A DNA stretch of 64,000 nucleotides, taken from positions 743 through 64,742 of the forward strand of contig CBINOL010000009.1 in assembly GCA_966252285.1 (NCBI GenBank), given 5' to 3'. Both the position numbers and the translations under genes were made by a program. Below, piece by piece: positions 55,513-64,000 of the stretch. Below the pieces are notes generated by a model. That model made no database searches. It was not told the origin of the DNA and was given only the letters and a program-made list of their open reading frames with translations. The first letter of the stretch is position 1. Each line of letters starts with the position of its first letter. This DNA comes from an uncultured Caulobacter sp. (GTDB lineage: Bacteria; Pseudomonadota; Alphaproteobacteria; Caulobacterales; Caulobacteraceae).

Positions 55513-56703
55513 TTAAGCCGCCGCCTTGCGCAGGTCCGTCCCAGGATCCCCAGCCAGTTCCGCCTTCAGCACCTTGCCGATCAGGCGGCGGGCCGAGGCG
55601 AAGTCGCGCGGCTGGTCCAGGCAGGCCGCGCCCACCAGGATCCCGTCGCGCAGGTAGAGCCTCGTGGCTTCGCCGCGCGCCACCACCGTGTCGCCGGTGG
55701 CCGGATCGCCCAGGATCTGCAGGTTGTGGCCGCACTGGGCGGTCCAGAACCACGGGGCCGGCTCGGGCTCGGCCGGCTGGCCAAGGATCGCCAGGGCCGC
55801 CGCGCGGGCCGAGCTTTGGGCATGGGCCCAGGTCTCCATCCGCTGTGGCGCGGCCGCGTCGCCGAACCGGCGCAGGGCCAGGTCGCCGATGGCGTAGACG
55901 TTTGCATCGCCGATCGAGCGATAGGCCTCGTCGACCAGCACGCCCGCGTCCACCGGCAGGCCGGCGGCCTCGGCCAGGCCGGCGCGGGGCGTGATGCCGA
56001 TGCCCACGACCACCAGGTCGGCCTCCAGAGACGAGCCGTCGTCGAGTCGCAGGGTCAGCGTCTGGTCGCCCGGTTCGATGGCGGCGACGGAGCGGCCGAG
56101 GCGAATCTCCACCCCGACCCGCGCATGGGCGGCGGCCAGCCAGCCGGCGGCGTCGCCCGGTACGTTGCGGCCCAGCAGGCGCTCTCCCGCCTCGATGACG
56201 ATGGCGGTGAGGCCAAGCTCCCGCAGGGTCGAGGCCGTCTCCAGCCCGATCACCCCGCCGCCGATCACCACGGCGCGGCCGCCGGGCTTCGCCGCGGCCG
56301 CGATCGCCTTGGCGTCGCCCGTCGTGCGCAGCGGGAAGATCTTCGGGTGAGCAGGGAAGGGCAGCTGCCGGGGCGCGCCGCCGGTGGCCAGGATCAGCTG
56401 GTCATAGGGCAGGGCGCTTCCATCCGAGAGCGTCACGGTGCGGTTCTCGCGGTCGATCGAAGCGGCCGCGACCCCTAGCCGCAGGTCGACGCCCAGCTCG
56501 CTCCAGCGGCATTCCTCGGCGAGGTAAACGGGCGCGGCGTCCTTGCCCGACAGGTACTCCTTGGACAGGCTGGGCCGCTCATACGGGTGCTCGGCTTCTT
56601 CGCCGACCAGCGTGATCGTTCCCGAAAAACCCAATTCTCTCAAGGTGATGGCGGCGGCTCCGCCGGCATGTCCGGCGCCGACTACGACGATGCGTTGTTC
56701 CAT
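55513..56703 (-). CDS. Glutathione-reductase-type ferredoxin reductase
   Basis: VVGAGHAG, PYERPSLSK, VIGGGVIGLE, YAIGD, WFWT.Q. Confidence 0.93.
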   Translation of the reverse strand: MEQRIVVVGAGHAGGAAAITLRELGFSGTITLVGEEAEHPYERPSLSKEYLSGKDAAPVYLAEECRWSELGVDLRLGVAAASIDRENRTVTLSDGSALPYDQLILATGGAPRQLPFPAHPKIFPLRTTGDAKAIAAAAKPGGRAVVIGGGVIGLETASTLRELGLTAIVIEAGERLLGRNVPGDAAGWLAAAHARVGVEIRLGRSVAAIEPGDQTLTLRLDDGSSLEADLVVVGIGITPRAGLAEAAGLPVDAGVLVDEAYRSIGDANVYAIGDLALRRFGDAAAPQRMETWAHAQSSARAAALAILGQPAEPEPAPWFWTAQCGHNLQILGDPATGDTVVARGEATRLYLRDGILVGAACLDQPRDFASARRLIGKVLKAELAGDPGTDLRKAAA

Positions 56704-56723
56704 GGCGTATTCTTCCTCTCGCG

Positions 56724-56738
56724 TTGCATAATATGCAA
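56724..56738. promoter_or_regulatory. Perfect palindrome TTGCATA-A-TATGCAA, candidate IclR operator
   Basis: Lies in the divergent promoter between the reductase and the oxygenase operon. Confidence 0.6.
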
Positions 56739-56826
56739 TGCATTTGACATGGATCAAAACCCACGACAGGGTGAGGGTCAATGGCGACGTGAGATCGCCG
56801 CTTCGACCACCGTCTGGGAGCTGCCC

Positions 56827-58068
56827 ATGACCATCCCCGTTCGTCCCCCGGAAGGCCGCCTGTGGCCCGTCGATGCGGACGCCGCCGTCCCGTACTGGGT
56901 CTATTCAGACCCCGAGATCTACGCCGAGGAACTGCGCAAGATCTGGTACGGCCCGCACTGGCTGTACGTCGGCCTGGAGTGCGAAATTCCCAATGTCGGC
57001 GACTGGAAGACCGCCACCCTCGGCGAGCGTCCGGTCGTCATGGTGCGCAGCGCCGAGAACGAGATCTCGGTCGTCGAGAACCGCTGCGCCCACAAGGGCG
57101 TGAAGTTCTGCCAGGCGCGCTTTGGCCACTCGCAAGAGCTGATCTGCCCGTATCACCAGTGGTCGTACGCCCTGAACGGCGACCTGCAGGGCGTGCCGTT
57201 CCGCCGGGGCGTCAAGCGCCAGGGCGGCATGCCGGCCGACTTCGATCTTGCGCAGAACGGCCTGACCAAGCTGCGCGTCGAGGAAGTCCACGGCGTCGTC
57301 TGGGCCACCTTCTCCGAAGAGACCCCGGCCTTCCGCGAGTATCTCGGCGAGAAGTTCTGGAAGCACTACACGCGCGTCTATGACGGCCGGAAGCTGGAAG
57401 TGCTGGGCTACAACCGCCAGCACATTCCGGCCAACTGGAAGCAGATGCAGGAGAACATCAAGGACCCGTACCATGCGGGCCTGCTGCACGTGTTCTTCGC
57501 GACCTTCGGCCTGTTCCGCGCCGACCAGAAGTCGGCCGTCGATATCGACGACGAGGGCCGCCACGGCATCCTGATCTCCCGCAAGGGCGAGCAGGAAAAG
57601 ACCGAGGCCATGGCCGACATCCGCAACTTCCAGGGCGACCTGGTGCTCGAGGATCCCCGCGTCATGGACGTGGTGCAGGAGTTTCCGGGAGAGGAGACGG
57701 TGGGCATGATCACCATCTTCCCCAGCGTGATCCTGCAACAGCAGGTCAATTCGCTGACCACGCGTCAGATCGTGCCCAAGGGTCCCGGCGGCTTCGACTT
57801 CCACTGGACCCACTGGTGCTACGCCGACGACACGCCGGAGATGCGCCTGCGCCGCACCCGCCAGGCCAACCTCTTTGGCCCGGCCGGCTTCGTCTCGGCC
57901 GACGACGGCGAGGTGCTGGAGATGACCCAGCAGGGCGCCACCCCGTCTCCTGACGCGCACATGATCCTGCAGATGGGCGGGCGAGCCATCGAGAGCACCG
58001 ACCACCAGGTCACCGAAACGGCCGTGCGCGGCATGTACCGCTACTGGCGAAAGGTGATGGGCCTGTGA
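56827..58068 (+). CDS. nagG: Salicylate 5-hydroxylase large subunit (Rieske oxygenase alpha)
   Basis: Rieske CAH...CPYH; NagG-like blocks GDLQGVPFRRGVK, NWK.MQENIKDPYH.GLLH, ANLFGPAGFVSADDGEV, RGMY.YWRKVMG. Confidence 0.88.
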   Translation: MTIPVRPPEGRLWPVDADAAVPYWVYSDPEIYAEELRKIWYGPHWLYVGLECEIPNVGDWKTATLGERPVVMVRSAENEISVVENRCAHKGVKFCQARFGHSQELICPYHQWSYALNGDLQGVPFRRGVKRQGGMPADFDLAQNGLTKLRVEEVHGVVWATFSEETPAFREYLGEKFWKHYTRVYDGRKLEVLGYNRQHIPANWKQMQENIKDPYHAGLLHVFFATFGLFRADQKSAVDIDDEGRHGILISRKGEQEKTEAMADIRNFQGDLVLEDPRVMDVVQEFPGEETVGMITIFPSVILQQQVNSLTTRQIVPKGPGGFDFHWTHWCYADDTPEMRLRRTRQANLFGPAGFVSADDGEVLEMTQQGATPSPDAHMILQMGGRAIESTDHQVTETAVRGMYRYWRKVMGL

Positions 58069-58559
58069 GCACGACCCTGACCGACCGTCCGGCCGCGATC
58101 ACGCGCGATGCGATCCGCGACCTCTACGACGACTATTATGGAACCCTGGACGAGGTGCGCCTGCACGACTGGCCCGAGTTCTTCATGCCGGACTGCCTCT
58201 ATAGGGTGATCCCGCGCGAGAACTTCGAGGCCGGCTACACCCTCAGCACCATGCAGGCCGAAAGCCGCGGCATGCTGAAGGACCGGGTGACGGGCCTGAC
58301 CCGCACCCAGATGTACGCGCCGCGCTACTACCGCCGCTTCCCGACCGCTCCCCGGATCGTCGGGGAGGAGAACGGCGGGGTGCGCACGCGCCACAACCTG
58401 CTGCTCGTCCAGACCCTGATCGACAAGCCTTCGGAGATCGTCCTCTCGGCGGTCTGCCACGACCTGATCGTGGCCGATGAAGGCCGCCTGCGCTTCGCCG
58501 AGCGCGTGGTGGTCTTCGATTCCGAAATGCTCCCCAACAGCTTGGTGTACCCCGTATGA
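58065..58559 (+). CDS. nagH: Salicylate 5-hydroxylase small subunit
   Basis: WPEFF...CLYRVIPRENFE, MLKDRV...TQMYAPRYYR, LPNSLVYPV. Confidence 0.88.
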   Translation: MSTTLTDRPAAITRDAIRDLYDDYYGTLDEVRLHDWPEFFMPDCLYRVIPRENFEAGYTLSTMQAESRGMLKDRVTGLTRTQMYAPRYYRRFPTAPRIVGEENGGVRTRHNLLLVQTLIDKPSEIVLSAVCHDLIVADEGRLRFAERVVVFDSEMLPNSLVYPV

Positions 58560-58900
58560 CCGACGTCATCGACAACGCGGCGCTGACCTGGGCGCCCGCC
58601 GTTCCCCCGTCCGACCTCGAAGAGTTCGGCGTTGCCGCCGCCACGGTGGGCGGCCTGAAGGTGGCCCTCTACGCCGTCGACGGCGAGTACTACGCCACCG
58701 CCGACCTCTGCACCCACGGCGCGGCCAGCCTCGCCGACGGTTTCCTCGACGGCGAGCTGATCGAGTGCCCGCTCCACCAGGGCACCTTCAACGTCAAGAC
58801 CGGCGCGGCCGTCGGCGCGCCGTGCTCGGTGGCCGTGCGCACCTTCCCGGTGAAGCTGGAAGGCGGCCTGCTGCACGTCGGCCTGCCGGGAGGCGCCTGA
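58556..58900 (+). CDS. Rieske-type ferredoxin
   Basis: CTHGAASL and IECPLHQG.F. Confidence 0.93.
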   Translation: MTDVIDNAALTWAPAVPPSDLEEFGVAAATVGGLKVALYAVDGEYYATADLCTHGAASLADGFLDGELIECPLHQGTFNVKTGAAVGAPCSVAVRTFPVKLEGGLLHVGLPGGA

Positions 58901-59952
58901 TGGAGACGGTGCTTCGCAACGACCAGCGCAGCCAGCTCGAGGCGCTGTACGAGCAGATGGAGCCCGAAGGCCTCTATCCGCTCTGGGAGAAACTGAGCGC
59001 CCTGGTGCTGCCCCAGCCGGACTCGCCGGCCAAGGTCCACAAGTGGTCCTATGACAGCGCCCGGGACTACCTGATGCGGGCCGGCGACCTGATCAGCGCC
59101 AAGCAGGCCGAAAGGCGTGTGCTGATCCTGGAAAACCCGGGGCTGGGCGGATTGTCGAGCATCACGCCGAGCCTCTACGCCGGCCTGCAGCTGATCCTGC
59201 CGGGCGAGATCGCGCCCGCCCACCGCCACGCCCAGTGCGCGCTGCGCTTCGTGCTGGAAGGCGAGGACGCCTACACCTCGGTGGACGGCGAGAAGGCCGT
59301 CATGCGGCCCTTCGACCTCGTCCTGACGCCGGGCGGTCAATGGCATGACCACGGCAACCCCACGGCCAAGCCGATGATCTGGCTCGACGGCCTGGACATC
59401 CCGACCGTCCGCCACTTCGACGCCAGCTTCGCCGAGGGCTATGCCGAGGACCAGTTCCCCGAGCAGGCCCCGGCTGGCGACAGCCTCAACCGCTACGGCC
59501 GCAACATGCGTCCGCTGAAGGGCCACACCGCCGACCGCCGCCCGGCCCACCAGCCGCTGTTCCACTATCCCTATGCGGAGTGGCGGCCGGCGCTGGACGC
59601 CATGGCCAAGGGCGCACAGATCGATCCGCACCTGGGCCACGCGCTGGAGTTCCTCAATCCCGTGAACGGCGGGCCGATCATGTCGACCATCTCGGCGCAT
59701 GTGCGGCTGATGCCGGCGGGGTTCGAGACCCGGGATCGCCGCTCGACCGACGGCACGATCTTCGTGGTCGTGGAAGGGCGGGGCGAGGCGGTCGTCGAGG
59801 GCGAGACTATTGCTCTTGCCCCCCGCGAGATCCTCGTCGTCCCGTCGTGGAAGACGGTCCGTTTCAAGGCCCAAAGCCAGCTCGTCCTGTTCGGCTACTC
59901 CGACAAGGCCTGCCAGGAAAAGCTGAACCTCTACAAGGAAGAAAACCTGTGA
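58900..59952 (+). CDS. gtdA: Gentisate 1,2-dioxygenase
   Basis: AERRVLILENPG, GLQLILPGEIAPAHRH, WHDHGN, WLDGLD.P; ATG overlaps the ferredoxin stop. Confidence 0.93.
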   Translation: METVLRNDQRSQLEALYEQMEPEGLYPLWEKLSALVLPQPDSPAKVHKWSYDSARDYLMRAGDLISAKQAERRVLILENPGLGGLSSITPSLYAGLQLILPGEIAPAHRHAQCALRFVLEGEDAYTSVDGEKAVMRPFDLVLTPGGQWHDHGNPTAKPMIWLDGLDIPTVRHFDASFAEGYAEDQFPEQAPAGDSLNRYGRNMRPLKGHTADRRPAHQPLFHYPYAEWRPALDAMAKGAQIDPHLGHALEFLNPVNGGPIMSTISAHVRLMPAGFETRDRRSTDGTIFVVVEGRGEAVVEGETIALAPREILVVPSWKTVRFKAQSQLVLFGYSDKACQEKLNLYKEENL

Positions 59953-60644
59953 GCCTGATCTTCGAACCCCAGGCGCCGGTCCTGGCCGCCACCTCCACCG
60001 GCGAGCAGTTCCCGGTCCGCCGCATCTTCTGCGTCGGCCGCAACTACGCCGCCCACGCCCGCGAGATGGGCCGCGATCCTGACCGCGAGCCGCCGTTCTT
60101 CTTCACCGCCTGGGCCGAGACCGTCGTGCCCGACGGCGCGACGATCGCCTATCCGCAGAAGACCAAGGACTTCCACTACGAGGCCGAACTGGTCGTCGCC
60201 ATCGGCAAGACCGGCCGCGACATCGCCGTCGAAGACGCCCTGGACCACGTCTGGGGCTACGCCACCGGCCTCGACATGACCCGCCGCGACCTGCAGCTGG
60301 AAGCCCGCGCCCAAGGCCGCCCCTGGGACACCGGAAAGAACGTCGAGCAGTCCTCGCCGCTGGGCGTCATCCAGAAGGCCGGCGAAGGCTTTGATCCGAC
60401 CAAGGGCGAGATCAAGCTGACCGTGAACGGGCAGACCAAGCAGCAGGCGGATCTCGCCGACCTGATCTGGCCGGTGGCCGACATCGTCGCCTACCTGTCG
60501 GGCCTGTACCGCATCGAGCCGGGCGACCTGATCTACACGGGCACGCCCGCCGGCGTCGGCGCCGTGGTCGAGGGCGACGCGATGGTCGTCACCATCGACG
60601 GCCTGGCCCCGCTGAACATCAAGGTCGGGCCGCCCGCGGCCTGA
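59949..60644 (+). CDS. nagK: Fumarylacetoacetate-hydrolase-family protein (fumarylpyruvate hydrolase)
   Basis: RRIFCVGRNYAAH, HYEAELVV, LDMTRRDLQ, GDLIYTGTPAGVG. Confidence 0.88.
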   Translation: MSLIFEPQAPVLAATSTGEQFPVRRIFCVGRNYAAHAREMGRDPDREPPFFFTAWAETVVPDGATIAYPQKTKDFHYEAELVVAIGKTGRDIAVEDALDHVWGYATGLDMTRRDLQLEARAQGRPWDTGKNVEQSSPLGVIQKAGEGFDPTKGEIKLTVNGQTKQQADLADLIWPVADIVAYLSGLYRIEPGDLIYTGTPAGVGAVVEGDAMVVTIDGLAPLNIKVGPPAA

Positions 60645-60713
60645 TCCGAGCACACCAAGACTAGGGACGAGGGGAGCGGCCAACAGAGCCGCCCCCTCTC
60701 AGAGGAAACGACA

Positions 60714-62048
60714 ATGGCTACTCTTGAAGCGACGGCGGGCAACGCCGTCGTCGACCGGGCGAAGTTCGGCTCCCTGCAGCTGGGCGTCACCGCCCTCTGT
60801 GCCGTCATCGCCATGCTCGACGGGTTCGACACGCAGGCAATTGCGTATGTCGCCCCACGCATCGCCGAGGACTGGGGCCTGACCCCGGCCGCCTTCGGCC
60901 CGATCTTCGCCGTGGGCCTTCTGGGCCTGACCGTCGGCGCCTTCCTGCTCAGCCCGGCCGCCGACAAGTTCGGCCGCAAGACCATCATCCTGATCTCGAC
61001 CGTGATCTTCGGCCTGTTCGCTCTGCTGACGGCGACCTCGGACACGATGAACGAGCTTTTGATCTACCGCTTCCTCACAGGCATCGGCCTGGGCGCGGCC
61101 ATGCCCAACATCATCGCCCTGACCAGCGAGTACGCCCCCGAGCGCCTACGCGCCACGCTGGTGACGGTGATGTTCTGCGGCTTCCCGCTGGGCTCCACCC
61201 TCGGCGGCCTGGTCTCGACCGGCCTGATCGCGGAGTTCGGCTGGCACTCGGTGTTCGTGGTCGGCGGCGTGCTGCCGTTGCTGCTGGTGCCGGTGCTGAT
61301 GGCCATGCTGCCGGAATCGGTGCGCTTCCTGGTCGCTAAGGGCGCGCCCGAGCGCAAGATCGCGCCGATCGTCCGTCGCATCGACCCCGCCGCCTCGACC
61401 GCCGAGTTCATCTCGCACCTGCGCAGCGAGCAGGCCGAGGCCCCCAAGGGCTTCTCGGTCGCCCAGCTGTTCACGCAAGGCCGCGCGCCGGTCACGGGCC
61501 TGCTGTGGGTGGCGTTCTTCATGAACCTGCTCGTGATGTACTTCCTGGTGAACTGGCTGCCGACCCTGCTGAAGGGCGCTGGCCTGCCGCTGTCGATGGC
61601 TATCCTGTCGACCGCCACCCTGAACCTCGGCGGCGTGGTCGGGGCCATCGCCCTGGGCCGCCTGATCGATCGCTTCAGCCCTTATGTCGTGCTCGGCGCG
61701 GCCTATGCGGCCTCGGCTGTCTTCATCGCCGTCATCGCCCTGGGCGGCACGCACCTGACCACGCTTCTGGTCGGCGCGGCGCTGTCGGGCTTCGGCGTCG
61801 TCGGCGCCCAGATCGGCTGCAACGCCCTGGCCGCGTCGGTCTATCCCACCGCCATCCGCGCCACCGGCGTGGGCTGGGCGCTGGGCGTCGGCCGCGTCGG
61901 CGCCATCGTCGGCCCGCTCGTGGGCGGCGCGCTTCTCGCCAACAAGTGGGCCCCCGGTTCGATCATCCTGACCGCCGTGGTTCCCGCCCTCATCGCCTCG
62001 CTCGCCGTCTTCATCCTCGGCGGCGTGCGCAAGAAATCCGGAGTCTGA
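60714..62048 (+). CDS. Aromatic acid:H+ symporter (AAHS family MFS, PcaK/GenK-like)
   Basis: LDGFDTQ, PAADKFGRK, SEYAPERLRA, YPTAIRATGVGWA.G.GR. Confidence 0.92.
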   Translation: MATLEATAGNAVVDRAKFGSLQLGVTALCAVIAMLDGFDTQAIAYVAPRIAEDWGLTPAAFGPIFAVGLLGLTVGAFLLSPAADKFGRKTIILISTVIFGLFALLTATSDTMNELLIYRFLTGIGLGAAMPNIIALTSEYAPERLRATLVTVMFCGFPLGSTLGGLVSTGLIAEFGWHSVFVVGGVLPLLLVPVLMAMLPESVRFLVAKGAPERKIAPIVRRIDPAASTAEFISHLRSEQAEAPKGFSVAQLFTQGRAPVTGLLWVAFFMNLLVMYFLVNWLPTLLKGAGLPLSMAILSTATLNLGGVVGAIALGRLIDRFSPYVVLGAAYAASAVFIAVIALGGTHLTTLLVGAALSGFGVVGAQIGCNALAASVYPTAIRATGVGWALGVGRVGAIVGPLVGGALLANKWAPGSIILTAVVPALIASLAVFILGGVRKKSGV

Positions 62049-62055
62049 TACCGCC

Positions 62056-62685
62056 ATGATCCTGCACGGCTATTTTCGTTCGACCGCGTCGTGGCGCGTG
62101 CGGATCGCCCTGGGCCTGAAGGGCCTGCCCGCCGACCAGGTGTTCCACCACCTGCGTCGGGGCGAGCAGCGGGCGCCGGACTATCTGGCGCTCAACCCGC
62201 AGGGCCTGCTGCCGGCCCTGGCCCTCGACGACGGCCGGGTGCTGACCCAGTCGCTGGCCATCGTCGAATATCTCGACGAGATCCATCCCGAGCCGCCGCT
62301 GCTGCCGTCCGACCCGTTCGCTCGGGCTCAGGTTCGCGCCGTCGCCCAGGCGATCGCCTGCGACATCCACCCGGTGCAGAACCTGAAGGTTCTGGCCCGC
62401 CTGCGCGACCTCGGACTCGACGTGTCCGCCGTCCAGGGCTGGGCGGCCGGGGTGATCGAGGAAGGGCTCGACGCGGTCGACAAGCTGCTGGCCGGCCAGT
62501 CGGGCCGTTTCGCCTTCGGTGACGCGCCGGGTCTGGCCGACCTGGTGCTCGTGCCGCAACTGGGCAACGCCCGCCGCTTCGGCGTCGAGCTGCGCTGGAG
62601 CCGCCTGACCGACATCGAGGCCGCCTGCCTGGAGCTGCCCGCCTTCAAGTCCGCCGTGCCGTCGGCCCAGCCCGACGCCGAATAA
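62056..62685 (+). CDS. maiA: Maleylpyruvate/maleylacetoacetate isomerase (GST zeta)
   Basis: YFRSTASWRVRIAL.LKG, LNPQGLLP, ACDIHPVQNL.V. Confidence 0.92.
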   Translation: MILHGYFRSTASWRVRIALGLKGLPADQVFHHLRRGEQRAPDYLALNPQGLLPALALDDGRVLTQSLAIVEYLDEIHPEPPLLPSDPFARAQVRAVAQAIACDIHPVQNLKVLARLRDLGLDVSAVQGWAAGVIEEGLDAVDKLLAGQSGRFAFGDAPGLADLVLVPQLGNARRFGVELRWSRLTDIEAACLELPAFKSAVPSAQPDAE

Positions 62686-62749
62686 CCCCATCCCCTAAAG
62701 CCAAGAACCAAAGAGCGCGGAGCCAACCGCGCCCTCTGGAGGAAACCCC

Positions 62750-64000
62750 ATGCTGCTGACCACTGTGGCCGCGGCCGCCTTGCTTGCGCCCGTTGCCGAC
62801 GCCCCGATCGCCACCCAGGCTCAAGACCGGGTCGTGCCGATCCCCGCCCAGAACGCCCCGTCGCCCGGCAACGTGCCGCCGCCGGCCGCGACCAAGGCGC
62901 CCGCCTTCAAGCTGATCAATCACGACGAGGACTGGAGCTATCTGGCCGACCCGGCCAAGCGCACCACGCCCTGGTCGAAGCTGAAATACATCCCCGTCGG
63001 CGAGAGCAGCTATCTCAGCCTCGGCGGCGAGTTCCGCCTGCGCCTCGAAGACCGCGGCAACGAGCGCTTCGGCCGCGGCGCCCAGGATGAGGACGGCAAC
63101 GCCCAGACCCGCACCCGCCTGTGGGCCGACCTGCACATGGGATCGCGCCTGCGCGCCTTCGTCGACGTGCAGGACGCCCGCAGCATCGATCTCGACAGCG
63201 GCGAGCCGCCGATCGAGGTCAGCCGCTGGGACCTGCACCAGGCCTTCCTGGAAACCAACGCCGAGGTCGGCGACGCCAAGGTCCGCCTGCGCGTCGGCCG
63301 CCAGGAGCTGGGCCTGGGCGCCTATCGCATCTTCGACATGCGCGAGGGCGCCAACAGCCGCACCTCGTTCGACATGGCCCGCGTGCTGGTCGACCGGAAG
63401 ACCGGCTGGAGCGGCGGCGCCTTCTACGGCTACGCCCTGCGCGAGGCCAAGACCTCGTGGGACGACGCCACCAACTTCGACTACCGCCTGGCCGGCGTGA
63501 CGGCCTCGCGCACGCTGGGGCAGGGGCCGACGGCGCCCAAGCTGGAGCTGCTCTACGTCAACAGCGACAAGCGCGGCGCGGTCTATGACAGCGTCACCGG
63601 GGGCCGAGATCGCCGCGGCTCCTATTCGGCCCGCCTGGCCGGCCGCTACGGCGCCTGGGACTACGACCTCGAAGGCGTCTATCAGGACGGCACGTACCGC
63701 GATCTGGACGTCTCGGCCTGGTACGTCTCGGCCATGGGCGGCTACACCTTCAAAGCCCCGTGGTCGCCCCGCCTGGGCCTGCGCCTGGAGGCCGCCTCGG
63801 GCGACAAGGACCGCAACGACGGCAAGCTGAACTCATACGCCCAGATGTTCCCGCAGCCGATCTCGCTGCGCACCGACTTCGGCATCACCAACATGGTGGC
63901 GATCCAGCCGCAGCTGACCTTCAAGCCCACGACCAAGCTGACCGCCGGCCTGCAGGTGGCGGGGCTGTGGCGCCAGAGCGACGAGGACGGCCTCTATGGC
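62750..64000 (+). CDS. Alginate-export-family outer membrane beta-barrel, truncated by the window end (absent from the ORF track)
   Basis: Hand translation from ATG 62750 after GGAGG: signal peptide, then DEDWSYLADP...LKYIPVGESSYLSLGGEFRLR and DLHQAF; only the 5' part was translated by hand, and no stop was seen there. Confidence 0.8.
   Translation, partial: MLLTTVAAAALLAPVADAPIATQAQDRVVPIPAQNAPSPGNVPPPAATKAPAFKLINHDEDWSYLADPAKRTTPWSKLKYIPVGESSYLSLGGEFRLRLEDRGNERFGRGAQDEDGNAQTRTRLWADLHMGSRLRAFVDVQDARSIDLDSGEPPIEVSRWDLHQAFLETNAEVGDAKVRLRVGRQELGLGAYRIFDMREGANSRTSFDMARVLVDRKTGWSGGAFYGYALREAKTSWDDATNFDYRLAGVTASRTLGQGPTAPKLELLYVNSDKRGAVYDSVTGGRDRRGSYSARLAGRYGAWDYDLEGVYQDGTYRDLDVSAWYVSAMGGYTFKAPWSPRLGLRLEAASGDKDRNDGKLNSYAQMFPQPISLRTDFGITNMVAIQPQLTFKPTTKLTAGLQVAGLWRQSDEDGLYG

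Overview
GC-rich alphaproteobacterial chromosome segment, probably Caulobacter or a relative (inferred from gene content and a CIR-like repeat). (1) Complete guaA (13-1572), followed by a ~24.7-kb genomic island bounded by a 28-bp direct repeat of the guaA 3' end (1558-1585 / 26229-26256). The island has alpA but no recognisable integrase. It carries a three-gene Lamassu/ABC-3C defence system and a large general-stress cargo: katE, SDRs, hemerythrin, DUF3008, a HisKA_2/HWE kinase, and a PQQ dehydrogenase + cytochromes + caa3-like oxidase cluster. Most cargo transcription units are preceded by GGAAC-N16/17-nnTT (sigmaT/EcfG-like) motifs. The oxidase subunit I keeps all metal ligands but lacks the K-channel Lys/Thr and all three D-channel Asn residues; this is the most unusual observation in the window. 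(2) Outside the island: a type I secretion-like triad whose only ABC protein has a degenerate ATPase domain; five TonB-dependent receptors with peptidases, an ECF sigma/FecR pair, a Fur-box iron module and a possibly PhoB-controlled receptor; an MFS/HxlR pair; a CIR-like repeat; and an IclR-linked salicylate 5-hydroxylase/gentisate cluster ending in a truncated alginate-export-family gene. No rRNA, tRNA or CRISPR array was seen. All family assignments come from motif recognition by eye; no searches were run.
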